The position numbers and the translations under genes were made by a program. Shown here one piece after another: positions 1-14,399 of a stretch of 64,000 nucleotides of DNA. The notes below the pieces were generated by a model, which searched no databases, was not told the DNA's origin, and worked only from the letters and a program-made list of their open reading frames with translations. Origin of the DNA: Eledone cirrhosa. Its lineage: Eukaryota. The DNA is taken from contig OZ024751.1 in assembly GCA_964016885.1 (NCBI GenBank), positions 1,984,001 to 2,048,000 of the forward strand, written 5' to 3'. Each line of letters begins with the position of its first letter. Positions within the stretch are counted from its first letter, which is position 1.

Positions 1-3000
1 ACTGTTGTTGGTGTTGTTAGTGTTACTGTTGTTGGTGTTGTTTGTGTTACTGTTGTTGGTGTTGGTGGTGTTACTGTTGTTGGTATTACTGTTGTTGGTG
101 TTGTTGGTGTTACTGTTGTTGGTGTTGTTGGTGTTTCTGTTGTTGGTGGTGTCGGTGTTACTGTTGTTGGTGTTGTTGGTGTTACTGTTGATGGTGTTGG
201 TGGTGTTACTGTTGTTGGTGTTGTTGGTGTTACTGTTGTTGGTGTTGTTGGTGTTACTGTTGTTGGTGTTGTTGGTGTTACTGTTGTTGATGGTGTTGTT
301 GTTACTGTTGTTGGTGTTGTTAGTGTTACTGTTGTTGGTGTTGTTGGTGTTACTGTTGTTGGTGTTGTTAGTGTTACTGTTGTTGGTGTTGTTGGTGTTA
401 CTGTTGTTGGTGTTGTTTGTGTTACTGTTGTTGGTGTTGCTAGTATTACTGTTGTTGGTGTTGGTGGTGTTACTGTTGTTGGTGTTGTTGGTGTTACTGT
501 TGTTGGTGTTGTTGGTGTTACTGTTGTTGGTGTTGTTAGTGTTACTGTTGTTGGTGTTGTTGGTGTCACTGTTGTTGGTGTTGTTGGTGTTACTGTTGTT
601 GGTGTTGTTGGTGTCACTGTTGTTGGTGTTGTTGGTGTTACTGTTGTTGGTGTTGTTGGTGTTACTGTTGTTGGTGTTGTTTGTGTTACTGTTGTTGGTG
701 TTGTTTGTGTTACTGTTGTTGGTGTTGGTGGTGTTACTGTTGTTGGTGTTGTTGGTGTTACTGGTGTTGGTGGTGTTGGTCTTACTGTTGTTGGTGTTGT
801 TAGTGTTACTGTTGTTGGTCTTGTTGGTGTTACTGTTGTTGGTGTTGTTAGTGTTACTGTTGTTGGTGTTGTTTGTGTTACTGTTGTTGGTGTTGGTGGT
901 GTTACTGTTGTTGGTGTTACTGCTGTTGGTGTTGTTGGTGTTACTGTTGTTGTTGTTGTTGGTGTTTCTGTTGTTGGTGGTGTTGGTGTTACTGTTGTTG
1001 GTGTTGTTGGTGTTACTGTTGTTGGTGTTGGTGGTGTTACTGTTGTTGGTGTTGTTGGTGTTACTGTTGTTGGTGTTGTTGGTGTTACTGTTGTTGGTGT
1101 TGTTGGTGTTACTGTTGTTGATGGTGTTGGTGTTACTGTTGTTGGTGTTGTTAGTGTTACTGTTGTTGGTGTTGTTGGTGTTACTGTTGTTGGTGTTGTT
1201 AGTGTTACTGTTGTTGGTGTTGTTGGTGTTACTGTTGTTGGTGTTGTTTGTGTTACTGTTGTTGGTGTTGTTGGTGTTACTGTTGTTGGTGTTGTTGGTG
1301 TTAGTGTTGTTGGTGTTGTTGGTGTTACTGTTGTTGATGTTATTAGTGTTAATGTTGTTGGTGTTGTTGGTGTTACTGTTGTTGGTGTTGTTAGTGTTAC
1401 TGTTGTTGGTGTTGTTAGTGTTACTATTGTTGGTGTTGTTGGTGTTACTGTTGTTGGTGTTGTTAGTGTTACTGTTGTTGGTGTTGTTATTGTTACTGTT
1501 GTTGGTGTTGCTGGTGTTACTGTTGTTGGTGTTGTTGGTGTTACTGTTGTTGGTGTTGTTGGTGTTACTGTTGTTGGTGTTGTTGGTGTTACTGTTGTTG
1601 GTGTTGTTAGTGTTACTGTTGTTGGTGTTGTTAGTGTTACTGTTGTCGGTGTTGTTGGTTTTACTGTTGTTGGTGTTGTTGGTGTTACTGTTGTTGGTGT
1701 TGTTGGTGTTACTGTTGTTGGTGTTGTTAGTGTTACTGTTGTTGGTGTTGTTGGTGTTACTGTTGTTGGTGTTGTTGGTGTTACTGTTGTTGGTGTTATT
1801 AGTGTTACTGTTGTTGGTGTTGTTTGTGTTACTGTTGTTGGTGTTGTTGGTGTTACTGTTGTTGGTGTTATTGGTGTTACTGTTGTTGGTGTTGTTTGTG
1901 TTACTGTTGTTGGTGTTGTTGGTGTTACTGTTGTTGGTGTTATTGGTGTTACTGTTGTTGGTGTTGTTGGTGTTACTGTTGTTGGCGTTGTTAGTGTTAC
2001 TGTTGTTGGTGTTGTTAGTGTTACTGTTGTTGGTGTTGTTGGTGTTACTGTTGTTGGTTTTGTTGGTGTTACTGTTGTTGGTGTTGTTAGTGTTACCGTT
2101 GTTGGTTTTGTTGGTGTTACTGTTGTTGGTGTTACTGTTGTTGGTGTTGTTTTTGTTGGTGTTGGTGGTGTTGGTGTTACTGTTGTTGGTGTTGTTGGTG
2201 TTACGGCTGTTGGTGTTGTAGGTGTTACTGTTGTTGGTGTTGTTAGTGTTACTGTTGTTGGTGTTGTTGGTGTTACTGTTGTTGGTGTTGTTGGTGTTAT
2301 TGTTGTTGGTGTTATTAGTGTTACTGTTGTTTGTGTTGTTTGTGTTACTGTTGTTGGTGTTGTTTGTGTTACTGTTGTTGGTGTTATTGGTGTTACTGTT
2401 GTTGGTGTTGTTGGTGTTACTGTTGTTGGTGTTGTTGGTGTTACTGTTGTTGGTGTTGTTAGTATTAATGTTGTTGGTGTCGTTGGTGTTACTGTTGTTG
2501 GTGTTGGTGGTGTTACTGTTGTTGGTGTTGTTGGTGTTACTGTTGTTGGTGTTGTTGGTGTTACTGTTGTTGGTGTTATTGGTGTTACTGTTGTTGGTGT
2601 TGTTGGTGTTACTGTTGTTGGTGTTGGTGGTGTTACTGTTGTTGGTGTTGTTTGTGTTACTGTTGTTGGTGTTGTTTGTGTTACTGTTGTTGGTGTTGGT
2701 GATGTTACTGTTGTTGGTGTTGTTGGTGTTACTGTTGTTGGTGTTGTTGGTGTCACTGTTGTTGGTGTTGTTGGTGTTACTGGTGTTGGTGGTGTTGGTC
2801 TTACTGTTGTTGGTGTTGTTAGTGTTGTTAGTGTTACTGTTGTTGGTGTTGTTGGTGTTACTGTTGTTGGTGTTGTTAGTGTTACTGTTGTTGGTGTTGT
2901 TTGTGTTACTGTTGTTGGTGTTGTTGGTGTTACTGTTGTTGGTATTACTGTTGTTGGTGTTGTTGGTGTTACTGTTGTTGGTGTTGTTGGTGTTTCTGTT

Positions 3001-5400
3001 GTTGGTGGTGTCGGTGTTACTGTTGTTGGTGTTGTTGGTGTTACTGTTGATGGTGTTGGTGGTGTTACTGTTGTTGGTGTTGTTGGTGTTACTGTTGTTG
3101 GTGTTGTTGGTGTTACTGTTGTTGGTGTTGTTGGTGTTACTGTTGTTGATGGTGTTGGTGTTACTGTTGTTGGTGTTGTTAGTGTTACTGTTGTTGGTGT
3201 TGTTGGTGTTACTGTTGTTGGTGTTGTTAGTGTTACTGTTGTTGGTGTTGTTGGTGTTACTGTTGTTGGTGTTGTTTGTGTTACTGTTGTTGGTGTTGCT
3301 AGTATTAATGTTGTTGGTGTTGGTGGTGTTACTGTTGTTGGTGTTGTTGGTGTTACTGTTGTTGGTGTTGTTGGTGTTACTGTTGTTGGTGTTGTTAGTG
3401 TTACTGTTGTTGGTGTTGTTGGTGTCACTGTTGTTGGTGTTGTTGGTGTTACTGTTGTTGGTGTTGTTTGTGTTACTGTTGTTGGTGTTGTTTGTGTTAC
3501 TGTTGTTGGTGTTGGTGGTGTTACTGTTGTTGGTGTTGTTGGTGTTACTGGTGTTGGTGGTGTTGGTCTTACTGTTGTTGGTGTTGTTAGTGTTACTGTT
3601 GTTGGTGTTGTTGGTGTTACTGTTGTTGGTGTTGTTAGTGTTACTGTTGTTGGTGTTGTTTGTGTTACTGTTGTTGGTGTTGGTGGTGTTACTGTTGTTG
3701 GTGTTACTGCTGTTGGTGTTGTTGGTGTTACTGTTGTTGGTGTTGTTGGTGTTTCTGTTGTTGGTGGTGTTGGTGTTACTGTTGTTGGTGTTGTTGGTGT
3801 TACTGTTGTTGGTGTTGGTGGTGTTACTGTTGTTGGTGTTGTTGGTGTTACTGTTGTTGGTGTTGTTGGCGTTACTGTTGTTGGTGTTGTTGGTGTTACT
3901 GTTGTTGATGGTGTTGGTGTTACTGTTGTTGGTGTTGTTAGTGTTACTGTTGTTGGTGTTGTTAGTGTTACTGTTGTTGGTGTTGTTGGTGTTACTGTTG
4001 TTGGTGTTGTTTGTGTTACTGTTGTTGGTGTTGTTGGTGTTACTGTTGTTGGTGTTGTTGGTGTTAGTGTTGTTGGTGTTGTTGGTGTTACTGTTGTTGA
4101 TGTTATTAGTGTTAATGTTGTTGGTGTTGTTGGTGTTACTGTTGTTGGTGTTGTTAGTGTTACTGTTGTTGGTGTTGTTAGTGTTACTATTGTTGGTGTT
4201 GTTGGTGTTACTGTTGTTGGTGTTGTTAGTGTTACTGTTGTTGGTGTTGTTATTGTTACTGTTGTTGGTGTTGCTGGTGTTACTGTTGTTGGTGTTGTTG
4301 GTGTTACTGTTGTTGGTGTTGTTGGTGTTACTGTTGTTGGTGTTGTTGGTGTTACTGTTGTTGGTGTTATTAGTGTTACTGTTGTTGGTGTTGTTAGAGT
4401 TACTGTTGTTGGTGTTGTTAGTGTTACTGTTGTTGGTGTTGTTGGTGTTACTGTTGTTGGTGTTGTTGGTGTTACTGTTGTTGGTGTTGTTAGTGTTACT
4501 GTTGTTGGTGTTGTTAGTGTTACTGTTGTTGGTGTTGTTGGTGTTACTGTTGTTGGTGTTGTTGGTGTTACTGTTGTTGGTGTTATTAGTGTTACTGTTG
4601 TTGGTGTTGTTTGTGTTACTGTTGTTGGTGTTGTTGGTGTTACTGTTGTTGGTGTTATTGGTGTTACTGTTGTTGGTGTTGTCTGTGTTACTGTTGTTGG
4701 TGTTGTTGGTGTTAATGTTGTTGGTGTTATTGGTGTTACTGTTGTTGGTGTTGTTGGTGTTACTGTTGTTGGTGTTGTTAGTGTTACTGTTGTTGGTGTT
4801 GTTAGTGTTACCGTTGTTGGTGTTGTTGGTGTTACTGTTGTTGGTGTTACTGTTGTTGGTGTTGTTTTTGTTGGTGTTGGTGGTTTTGGTGTTACTGTTG
4901 TTGGTGTTGTTTGTGTTACGGCTGTTGGTGTTGTTGGTGTTACTGTTGTTGGTGTTGTTAGTGTTACTGTTGTTGGTGTTGTTGGTGTTTCTGTTGTTGG
5001 TGTTGTTGGTGTTACTGTTGTTGGTGTTATTAGTGTTACTGTTGTTTGTGTTGTTTGTGTTACTGTTGTTGGTGTTGTTGGTGTTACTGTTGTTGGTGTT
5101 ATTGGTGTTACTGTTGTTGGTGTTGTTGTTGTTACTGTTGTTGGTGTTGTTGGTGTTACTGTTGTTGGTGTTGTTAGTATTAATGTTGTTGGTGTCGTTG
5201 GTGTTACTGTTGTTGGTGTTGGTGGTGTTACTGTTGTTGGTGTTGTTGGTGTTACTGTTGTTGGTGTTGTTGGTGTTACTGTTGTTGGTGTTATTGGTGT
5301 TACTGTTGTTGGTGTTGTTGGTGTTACTGTTGTTGGTGTTGTTGGTGTTACTGTTGTTGGTGTTGTTAGTATTAATGTTGTTGGTGTCGTTGGTGTTACT
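1..5400. repeat. Higher-order duplication, period ~2.7-2.9 kb (boundaries approximate)
   Basis: Shared rare variants: GTC-GGT 151/3010, GGT-CTT 781/3568 (offset 2787), ACG-GCT 2203/4918; ORF-track twins 873/3660. Confidence 0.8.
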
Positions 5401-8400
5401 GTTGTTGGTGTTGTTGGTGTTACTGTTGTTGGTGTTATTGGTGTTACTGTTGTTGGTGTTGTTGGTGTTACTGTTGTTGGTGTTGTTTGTGTTACTGTTG
5501 TTGGTGTTGTTGGTGTTACTGTTGTTGGTGTTGTTGGTGTTACTCTTGTTGGTGTTATTAGTGTTACTGTTGTTGGTGTTGTTAGTGTTACTGTTGTTGG
5601 TGTTGTTGGTGTTACTGTTGTTGGTGTTGTTGGTGTTACTGTTGTTGGTGTTGTTGGTGTTACTGTTGTTGGTGTTGTTAATGTTACTGTTGTTGGTATT
5701 GTTAGTGTTACTGTTGTCGGTGTTGTTGGTGTTACTGTTGTTGGTGTTACTGTTGTTGGTGTTGTTAGTGTTACTGTTGTTGGTGTTGTTAGTGTTACTG
5801 TTGTTGGTGTTTTTGGTGTTACTGTTGTTGGTGTTATTAGTGTTACTGTTGTTGGTGTTGTTTGTGTTACTGTTGTTGGTGTTGTTGGTGTTACTGTTGT
5901 TGGTGTTATTGGTGTTACTGTTGTTGGTGTTGTTGGTGTTACTGTTGTTGGTGTTGTTAGTGTTACTGTTGTTGGGGTTGTTAGTGTTACTGTTGTTGGT
6001 GTTGTTGGTGTTACTGTTGTTGGTTTTGTTGGTGTTACTGTTGTTGGTGTTGTTAGTGTTACTGTTGTTGGTGTTGTTGGTGTTACTGTTGTTGGTGTTA
6101 CTGTTGTTGGTGTTGTTTTTGTTGGTGTTGGTGGTGTTGGTGTTACTGTTGTTGGTGTTGTTGGTGTTACGGCTGTTGGTGTTGTTGTTGTTACTGTTGT
6201 TGGTGTTGTTAGTGTTACTGTTGTTGGTGTTGTTGGTGTTACTGTTGTTGGTGTTGGTGTTACTGTTGTTGGTGTTATTAGTGTTACTGTTGTTTGTGTT
6301 GTTTGTGTTACTGTTGTTGGTGTTGTTGGTGTTACTGTTGTTGGTGTTATTGGTGTTACTGTTGTTGGTGTTGTTGGTGTTACTGTTGTTGGTGTTGTTG
6401 GTGTTACTGTTGTTGGTGTTGTTAGTATTAATGTTGTTGGTGTCGTTGGTGTTACTGTTGTTGGTTTTGGTGGTGTTACTGTTGTTGGTGTTGTTGGTGT
6501 TAATGTTGTTGCTCTTGTTGGTGTTACTGTTGTTGGTGTTATTGGTGTTACTGTTGTTGGTGTTGTTGGTGTTACTGTTGTTGGTGTTGTTGGTGTTACT
6601 TTTGTTGGTGTTGTTAGTATTAATGTTGTTGGTGTCGTTGGTGTTACTGTTGTTGGTGTTGTTGGTGTTACTGTTGTTGGTGTTATTGGTGTTACTGTTG
6701 TTGGTGTTGTTGGTGTTACTGTTGTTGGTGATGTTGGTGTTACTGTTGTTGGTGTTGTTGGTGTTACTGTAGTTGGTGTTGTTTCTGTTGGTGTTGGTGG
6801 TGTTACTGTTGTTGGAGTTGTTGGTGTTACTGTTGTTGGTGTTGTTGGTGTTACTGTTGTTGGTGTTGTTGGTGTTACTGTTATTGGTGTTGTTGGTGTT
6901 ACTGTTGTTGGTGTTGTTAGTATTAATGTTGTTGGTGTTGTAGGTGTTACTGTTGTTGGTGTTGTTGGTGTTACAGTTGTTGGTGTTGTTGGTGTTACTG
7001 TTGTTGGTGTTGTTGGTGTTACTGTTGTTGGTGTTGGTGGTGTTACTGTTGTTGGTGTTGTTGCTGTTACTGTTGTTGGTGTTGTTAGTGTTACTGTTGT
7101 TGGTGTTGTTGGAGTTACTGTTGTTGGTGTTGTTAGTATTACTGTTGTTGGTGTTGTTGTTGTTACTGTTGTTGGTGTCGGTGGTCTTACTGTTGTTGGT
7201 GTTGTTGGTGTTAGTGTTGTTGGTGTCGTTTTTGTTGGTGTTGGTGGTGTTGGTGTTACTGTTGTTGGTGTTGGTGGTCTTACTGTTGTTGGTGTTGTTG
7301 GTGTTACTGTTGATGGTGTTGTTGGTGTTACTGTTGTTGGTGTTGTTTTTGTTGGTGTTGGTGGTGTTGGTGTTACTGTTGTTGGTGTTGTTGGTGTTAC
7401 GGCTGTTGGTGTTGTTGGTGTTACTGTTGCTGGTGTTGTTAGTGTTACTGTTGTTGGTGTTGTTGGAGTTACTGTTGTTGGTGTTGTTAGTATTACTATT
7501 GTTGGTGTTATTCGTGTTACTGTTGTTGGTGTTGGTGGTCTTACTGTTGTTGGTGTTGTTAGTATTACTGTTGTTGGTGTTGTTGGTGTTACTGTTGTTG
7601 GTGTTGTTGGTGTTACTGTTGTTGGTGTTGGTGGTGTTACTGTTGTTGGTGTTGTTGCTGTTACTGTTGTTGGTGTTGTTAGTGTTACTGTTGTTGGTTT
7701 TGTTGGAGTTACTGTTGTTGGTGTTGTTAGTATTACTGTTGTTGGTGTTGTTGGTGTTACTGTTGTTGGTGTTGGTGGTCTTACTGTTGTTGGTGTTGTT
7801 GTTGTTAGTGTTGTTGGTGTCGTTTTTGTTGGTGTTGGTGGTGTTGGTGTTACTGTTGTTGGTGTTGGTGGTCTTACTGTTGTTGGTGTTGTTGGTGTTA
7901 CTTTTGTTGGTGTTACTGTTGTTGGTGTTGTTGGTGTTACTGTTGTTGGTGTTGTTGGTGTTTCTGTTGTTGGTGGTGTCGGTGTTACTGTTGTTGGTGT
8001 TGTTGGTGTTACTGTTGTTGGTGTTGGTGGTGTTACTTTTGTTGGTGTTGTTGGTGTTACTGTTGTTGGTGTTGTTGGTGTTACTGTTGTTGGTGTTGTT
8101 GGTGTTACTGTTGTTGATGGTGTTGGTGTTACTGTTGTTGGTGTTGTTAGTGTTACTGTTGTTGGTGTTGTTGGTGTTACTCTTGTTGGTGTTGGTGGTG
8201 TTACTGTTGTTGGTGTTGTTTGTGTTACTGTTGTTGGTGTTGTTTGTGTTACTGTTGTTGGTTGTGTTGGTGTTACTGTTGTTGGTGTTGTTGGTGTTAC
8301 TGTCGTTGGTGTTATTGGTGTCACTGTTGTTGGTGTTGTTGGTGTTACTGGTGTTGGTGGTGTTGGTCTTACTGTTGTTGGTGTTGTTAGTGTTACTGTT

Positions 8401-8907
8401 GTTGGTTTTGTTGGTGTTACTGTTGTTGGTGTTGTTAGTGTTACTGTTGTTTGTGTTGTTTGTGTTACTGTTGTTGGTGTTGGTGGTGTTACTGTTGTTG
8501 GTGTTACTGTTGTTGGTGTTGTTGGTGTTACTGTTGTTGGTGTTGTTGGTGTTTCTGTTGTTGGTGGTGTTGGTTTTACTGTTGTTGGTGTTGTTGGAGT
8601 TACTGTTGTTGGTGTTGGTGGTGTTACTGTTGTTGGTGTTGTTGGTGTTACTGTTGTTGGTGTTGTTGGTGTTACTGTTGTTGGTGTTGTTGGTGTTACT
8701 GTTGTTGATGGTGTTGGTGTTACTGTTGTTGGTGTTGTTAGTGTTACTGTTGTTGGTGTTGTTGGTGTTACTGTTGTTGGTGTTGTTAGTGTTACTGTTG
8801 TTGGTGTTGTTGGTGTTACTGTTGTTGGTGTTGTTTGTGTTACTGTTGTTGGTTTTGTTGGTGTTACTGTTGTTGGTGTTCTTGGTGTTACTGTTGTTGG
8901 TGTTGTT
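1..8907 (-). other. Longest uninterrupted PTS-frame stretch (~2,970 codons), open off the left edge
   Basis: Triplet phase stays constant (ACT at positions = 1 mod 3) from 1 to the first lesion at 8908; no in-frame stop seen. Confidence 0.7.
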
Positions 8908-11900
8908 CTGTTACTGCTTTGGTGTTGTTGGTGTTACTGTTGTTGGTGTTGTTGGTGTTACTGTTGTTGGTGTTGTTGGTGTTAGTGTTGTTGGTGTTGT
9001 TGGTGTTACTGTTGTTGATGTTATTAGTGTTAATGTTGTTGGTGTTGGTGGTGTTACTGTTGTTGGTGTTGTTGGTGTTGTTGGTGTTACTGTTATTGGT
9101 GTTACTGTTGTTGGTGTTGTTGGTGTTACTGTTGTTGGTGTTGTTAGTGTTACTGTTGTTGGTGTTGTTAGTGTTACTGTTGTTGGTGTTGTTGGTGTTA
9201 CTGTTGTTGGTGTTGTTAGTGTTACTGTTGTTGGTGTTGTTATTGTTACTGTTGTTGGTGTTGCTGGTGTTACTGTTGTTGGTGTTGTTGGTGTTACTGT
9301 TGTTGGTGTTGTTGGTGTTACTGTTGTTGGTGTTGTTGGTGTTACTCTTGTTGGTGTTATTAGTGTTACTGTTGTTGGTGTTGTTAGTGTTACTGTTGTT
9401 GGTGTTGTTGGTGTTACTGTTGTTGGTGTTGTTGGTGTTACTGTTGTTGGTGTTGTTGGTGTTACTGTTGTTGGTGTTGTTAATGTTACTGTTGTTGGTA
9501 TTGTTAGTGTTACTGTTGTCGGTGTTGTTGGTGTTACTGTTGTTGGTGTTACTGTTGTTGGTGTTGTTAGTGTTACTGTTGTTGGTGTTGTTAGTGTTAC
9601 TGTTGTTGGTGTTTTTGGTGTTACTGTTGTTGGTGTTATTAGTGTTACTGTTGTTGGTGTTGTTTGTGTTACTGTTGTTGGTGTTGTTGGTGTTACTGTT
9701 GTTGGTGTTATTGGTGTTACTGTTGTTGGTGTTGTTGGTGTTACTGTTGTTGGTGTTGTTAGTGTTACTGTTGTTGGTGTTGTTAGTGTTACTGTTGTTG
9801 GTGTTGTTGGTGTTACTGTTGTTGGTTTTGTTGGTGTTACTGTTGTTGGTGTTGTTAGTGTTACTGTTGTTGGTGTTGTTGGTGTTACTGTTGTTGGTGT
9901 TGTTAGTGTTACTGTTGTTGGTGTTGTTGGTGTTACTGTTGTTGGTGTTGTTGGTGTTACGGCTGTTGGTGTTGTTGTTGTTACTGTTGTTGGTGTTGTT
10001 AGTGTTACTGTTGTTGGTGTTGTTGGTGTTACTGTTGTTGGTGTTGTTGGTGTTACTGTTGTTGGTGTTGTTGGTGTTACTGTTGTTGGTGTTATTAGTG
10101 TTACTGTTGTTGGTGTTGTTGGTGTTACTGTTGTTGGTGTTGTTGGTGTTACTGTTGTTGGTGTTGTTAGTATTAATGTTGTTGGTGTCGTTGGTGTTAC
10201 TGTTGTTGGTTTTGGTGGTGTTACTGTTGTTGGTGTTGTTGGTGTTAATGTTGTTGCTCTTGTTGGTGTTACTGTTGTTGGTGTTATTGGTGTTACTGTT
10301 GTTGGTGTTGTTGGTGTTACTGTTGTTGGTGTTGTTGGTGTTACTGTTGTTGGTGTTGTTAGTATTAATGTTGTTGGTGTCGTTGGTGTTACTGTTGTTG
10401 GTGTTGTTGGTGTTACTGTTGTTGGTGTTATTGGTGTTACTGTTGTTGGTGTTGTTGGTGTTACTGTTGTTGGTGATGTTGGTGTTACTGTTGTTGGTGT
10501 TGTTGGTGTTACTGTAGTTGGTGTTGTTTCTGTTGGTGTTGGTGGTGTTACTGTTGTTGGAGTTGTTGGTGTTACTGTTGTTGGTGTTGTTGGTGTTACT
10601 GTTGTTGGTGTTGTTGGTGTTACTGTTATTGGTGTTGTTGGTGTTACTGTTGTTGGTGATGTTGGTGTTAATGTTGTTGGTGTTGTTGGTGTTACTGTAG
10701 TTGGTGTTGTTTCTGTTGGTGTTGGTGGTGTTACTGTTGTTGGAGTTGTTGGTGTTACTGTTGTTGGTGTTGTTGGTGTTACTGTTGTTGGTGTTGTTGG
10801 TGTCACTATTGTTGGTGTTGTTTTGTTGGTGTTGGTGGTGTTACTGTTGTTGGAGTTGTTGGTGTTACTGTTGTTGGAGTTGTTGGTGTTACTCTTGTTG
10901 GTGTTGTTGGTGTTACTGTTGTTGGAATTGTTTTTGTTGGTGTTGGTGGTGTTACTGTTGTTGGAGTTGTTGGTGTTACTGTTGTTGGTGTTGTTGGTGT
11001 TACTGTTGTTGGTGTTGTTGGTGTTACAGTTGTTGGTGTTGTTGGTGTTACTGTTGTTGGTGTTGTTGGTGTTACTGTTGTTGGTGTTGGTGGTGTTACT
11101 GTTGTTGGTGTTGTTGCTGTTACTGTTGTTGGTGTTGTTAGTGTTACTGTTGTTGGTGTTGTTGGAGTTACTGTTGTTGGTGTTGTTAGTATTACTGTTG
11201 TTGGTGTTGTTGTTACTGTTGTTGGTGTTGTTGGTGTTACTGTTGATGGTGTTGTTGGTGTTACTGTTGTTGGTGTTGTTTTTGTTGGTGTTGGTGGTGT
11301 TGGTGTTACTGTTGTTGGTGTTGTTGGTGTTACGGCTGTTGGTGTTGTTGGTGTTACTGTTGCTGGTGTTGTTAGTGTTACTGTTGTTGGTGTTGTTGGA
11401 GTTACTGTTGTTGGTGTTGTTAGTATTACTATTGTTGGTGTTATTCGTGTTACTGTTGTTGGTGTTGGTGGTCTTACTGTTGTTGGTGTTGTTAGTATTA
11501 CTGTTGTTGGTGTTGTTGGTGTTACTGTTGTTGGTGTTGTTGGTGTTACTGTTGTTGGTGTTGGTGGTGTTACTGTTGTTGGTGTTGTTGCTGTTACTGT
11601 TGTTGGTGTTGTTAGTGTTACTGTTGTTGGTTTTGTTGGAGTTACTGTTGTTGGTGTTGTTAGTATTACTGTTGTTGGTGTTGTTGGTGTTACTGTTGTT
11701 GGTGTTGGTGGTCTTACTGTTGTTGGTGTTGTTGGTGTTAGTGTTGTTGGTGTCGTTTTTGTTGGTGTTGGTGGTGTTGGTGTTACTGTTGTTGGTGTTG
11801 GTGGTCTTACTGTTGTTGGTGTTGTTGGTGTTACTTTTGTTGGTGTTACTGTTGTTGGTGTTGTTGGTGTTACTGTTGTTGGTGTTGTTGGTGTTTCTGT

Positions 11901-13700
11901 TGTTGGTGGTGTCGGTGTTACTGTTGTTGGTGTTGTTGGTGTTACTGTTGTTGGTGTTGGTGGTGTTACTTTTGTTGGTGTTGTTGGTGTTACTGTTGTT
12001 GGTGTTGTTAGTGTTACTGTTGTTGGTGTTGTTGGTGTTACTGTTGTTGATGGTGTTGGTGTTACTGTTGTTGGTGTTGTTAATGTTACTGTTGTTGGTG
12101 TTGTTGGTGTTACTGTTGTTGGTGTTGTTAGTGTTACTGTTGTTGGTGTTGTTGGTGTTACTGTTGTTGGTGTTGTTGGTGTTACTGTTGTTGGTGTTGT
12201 TAGTGTTACTGTTGTTGGTGTTGTTGGTGTTACTCTTGTTGGTGTTGGTGGTGTTACTGTTGTTGGTGTTGTTTGTGTTACTGTTGTTGGTGTTGTTTGT
12301 GTTACTGTTGTTGGTTGTGTTGGTGTTACTGTTGTTGGTGTTGTTGGTGTTACTGTCGTTGGTGTTATTGGTGTCACTGTTGTTGGTGTTGTTGGTGTTA
12401 CTGGTGTTGGTGGTGTTGGTCTTACTGTTGTTGGTGTTGTTAGTGTTACTGTTGTTGGTGTTGTTGGTGTTACTGTTGTTGGTGTTGTTAGTGTTACTGT
12501 TGTTTGTGTTGTTTGTGTTACTGTTGTTGGTGTTGGTGGTGTTACTGTTGTTGGTGTTACTGTTGTTGGTGTTGTTGGTGTTACTGTTGTTGGTGTTGTT
12601 GGTGTTTCTGTTGTTGGTGGTGTTGGTTTTACTGTTGTTGGTGTTGTTGGTGTTACTGTTGTTGGTGTTGGTGGTGTTACTGTTGTTGGTGTTGTTGGTG
12701 TTACTGTTGTTGGTGTTGTTGGTGTTACTGTTGTTGGTGTTGTTGGTGTTACTGTTGTTGATGGTGTTGGTGTTACTGTTGTTGGTGTTGTTAGTGTTAC
12801 TGTTGTTGGTGTTGTTGGTGTTACTGTTGTTGGTGTTGTTAGTGTTACTGTTGTTGGTGTTGTTGGTGTTACTTTTGTTGGTGTTCTTGGTGTTACTGTT
12901 GTTGGTGTCGTTCTGTTACTGCTTTGGTGTTGTTGGTGTTACTGTTGTTGGTGTTGTTGGTGTTACTGTTGTTGGTGTTGTTGGTGTTAGTATTGTTGGT
13001 GTTGTTGGTGTTACTGTTGTTGATGTTATTAGTGTTAATGTTGTTGGTGTTGGTGGTGTTACTGTTGTTGGTGTTGTTGGTGTTACTGCTATTGGTGTTA
13101 CTGTTGTTGGTGTTGGTGGTGAGACTGTTGTTGGTGTTGTTGGTATTACTGTTGTTGGTGTTGTTAGTATTACTGTTGTTGGTGTTGTTAGTGTTACTGT
13201 TGTTGGTGTTGTTGGTGTTACTGTTGTTGGTGTTGTTAGTGTTACTGTTGTTGGTGTTGTTATTGTTACTGTTGTTGGTGTTGCTGGTGTTACTGTTGTT
13301 GGTGTTGTTGGTGTTACTGTTGTTGGTGTTGTTGGTGTTACTGTTGTTGGTGTTGTTGGTGTTACTCTTGTTGGTGTTATTAGTGTTACTGTTGTTGGTG
13401 TTGTTAGTGTTACTGTTGTTGGTGTTGTTGGTGTTACTGTTGTTGGTGTTGTTGGTGTTACTGTTGTTGGTGTTGTTGGTGTTACTGTTGTTGGTGTTGT
13501 TAATGTTACTGTTGTTGGTATTGTTAGTGTTACTGTTGTCGGTGTTGTTGGTGTTACTGTTGTTGGTGTTGTTGGTGTTACTGTTGTTGGTGTTGTTAGT
13601 GTTACTGTTGTTGGTGTTGTTAGTTTTACTGTTGTTGGTGTTTTTGGTGTTACTGTTGTTGGTGTTGTTGGTGTTACTGTTGTTGGTGTTATTAGTGTTA
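5500..13700. repeat. Higher-order duplication, period ~3.8-4.05 kb (boundaries approximate)
   Basis: ATT-CGT 7513/11446 and ACG-GCT 7399/11332 (offset 3933); double lesion gttctgttactgcttt at 8908/12913 (offset 4005); ORF twins 8451/12504. Confidence 0.85.
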
Positions 13701-14399
13701 CTGTTGTTGGTGTTGTTTGTGTTACTGTTGTTGGTGTTGTTGGTGTTACTGTTGTTGGTGTTATTGGTGTTACTGTTGTTGGTGTTGTTTGTGTTACTGT
13801 TGTTGGTGTTGTTGGTGTTACTGTTGTTGGTGTTATTGGTGTTACTGTTGTTGGTGTTGTTGGTGTTACTGTTGTTGGTGTTGTTAGTGTTACTGTTGTT
13901 GGTGTTGTTGGTGTTACTGTTGTTGTGGTAATTAGTGTTACTGTTGTTGGTGTTGTTGGTGTTACTGTTGTTGGTGGTATTGGTGTTACTGTTGTTGATG
14001 TTGTTAGTGTTACTGTTGTTGGTGTTGGTGGTGTTACTGTTGTTGGTGTTGTTGGTGTTACTATTGTTGGTGTTGTTGGTGTTACTGTTGTTGGTGTTGT
14101 TGGTGTTACTGTTGTTGATGGTGTTGGTGTTATTGTTGTTGGTGTTGTTGGTGTTACTGTTGTAGGTGTTGTTGGTATTACTGTTGTTGGTTTTGGTGGT
14201 GTTACTGTTGTTGGTGTTGATGGTGTTACTGTTGTTGGTGTTGTTGGTGTTACTGCTGTTGGTGTTGTTAGTGTTACTCTTATTGGTGTTGTTGGTGTTG
14301 TTGGTGTTACTGCTGTTGGTGTTGTTGGTGTTACCGTTGTTGGTGTTGGTGGTGTTATTAGTGTTACTGTTGTTGGTGTTGGTGGTGTTACTGTTGTTG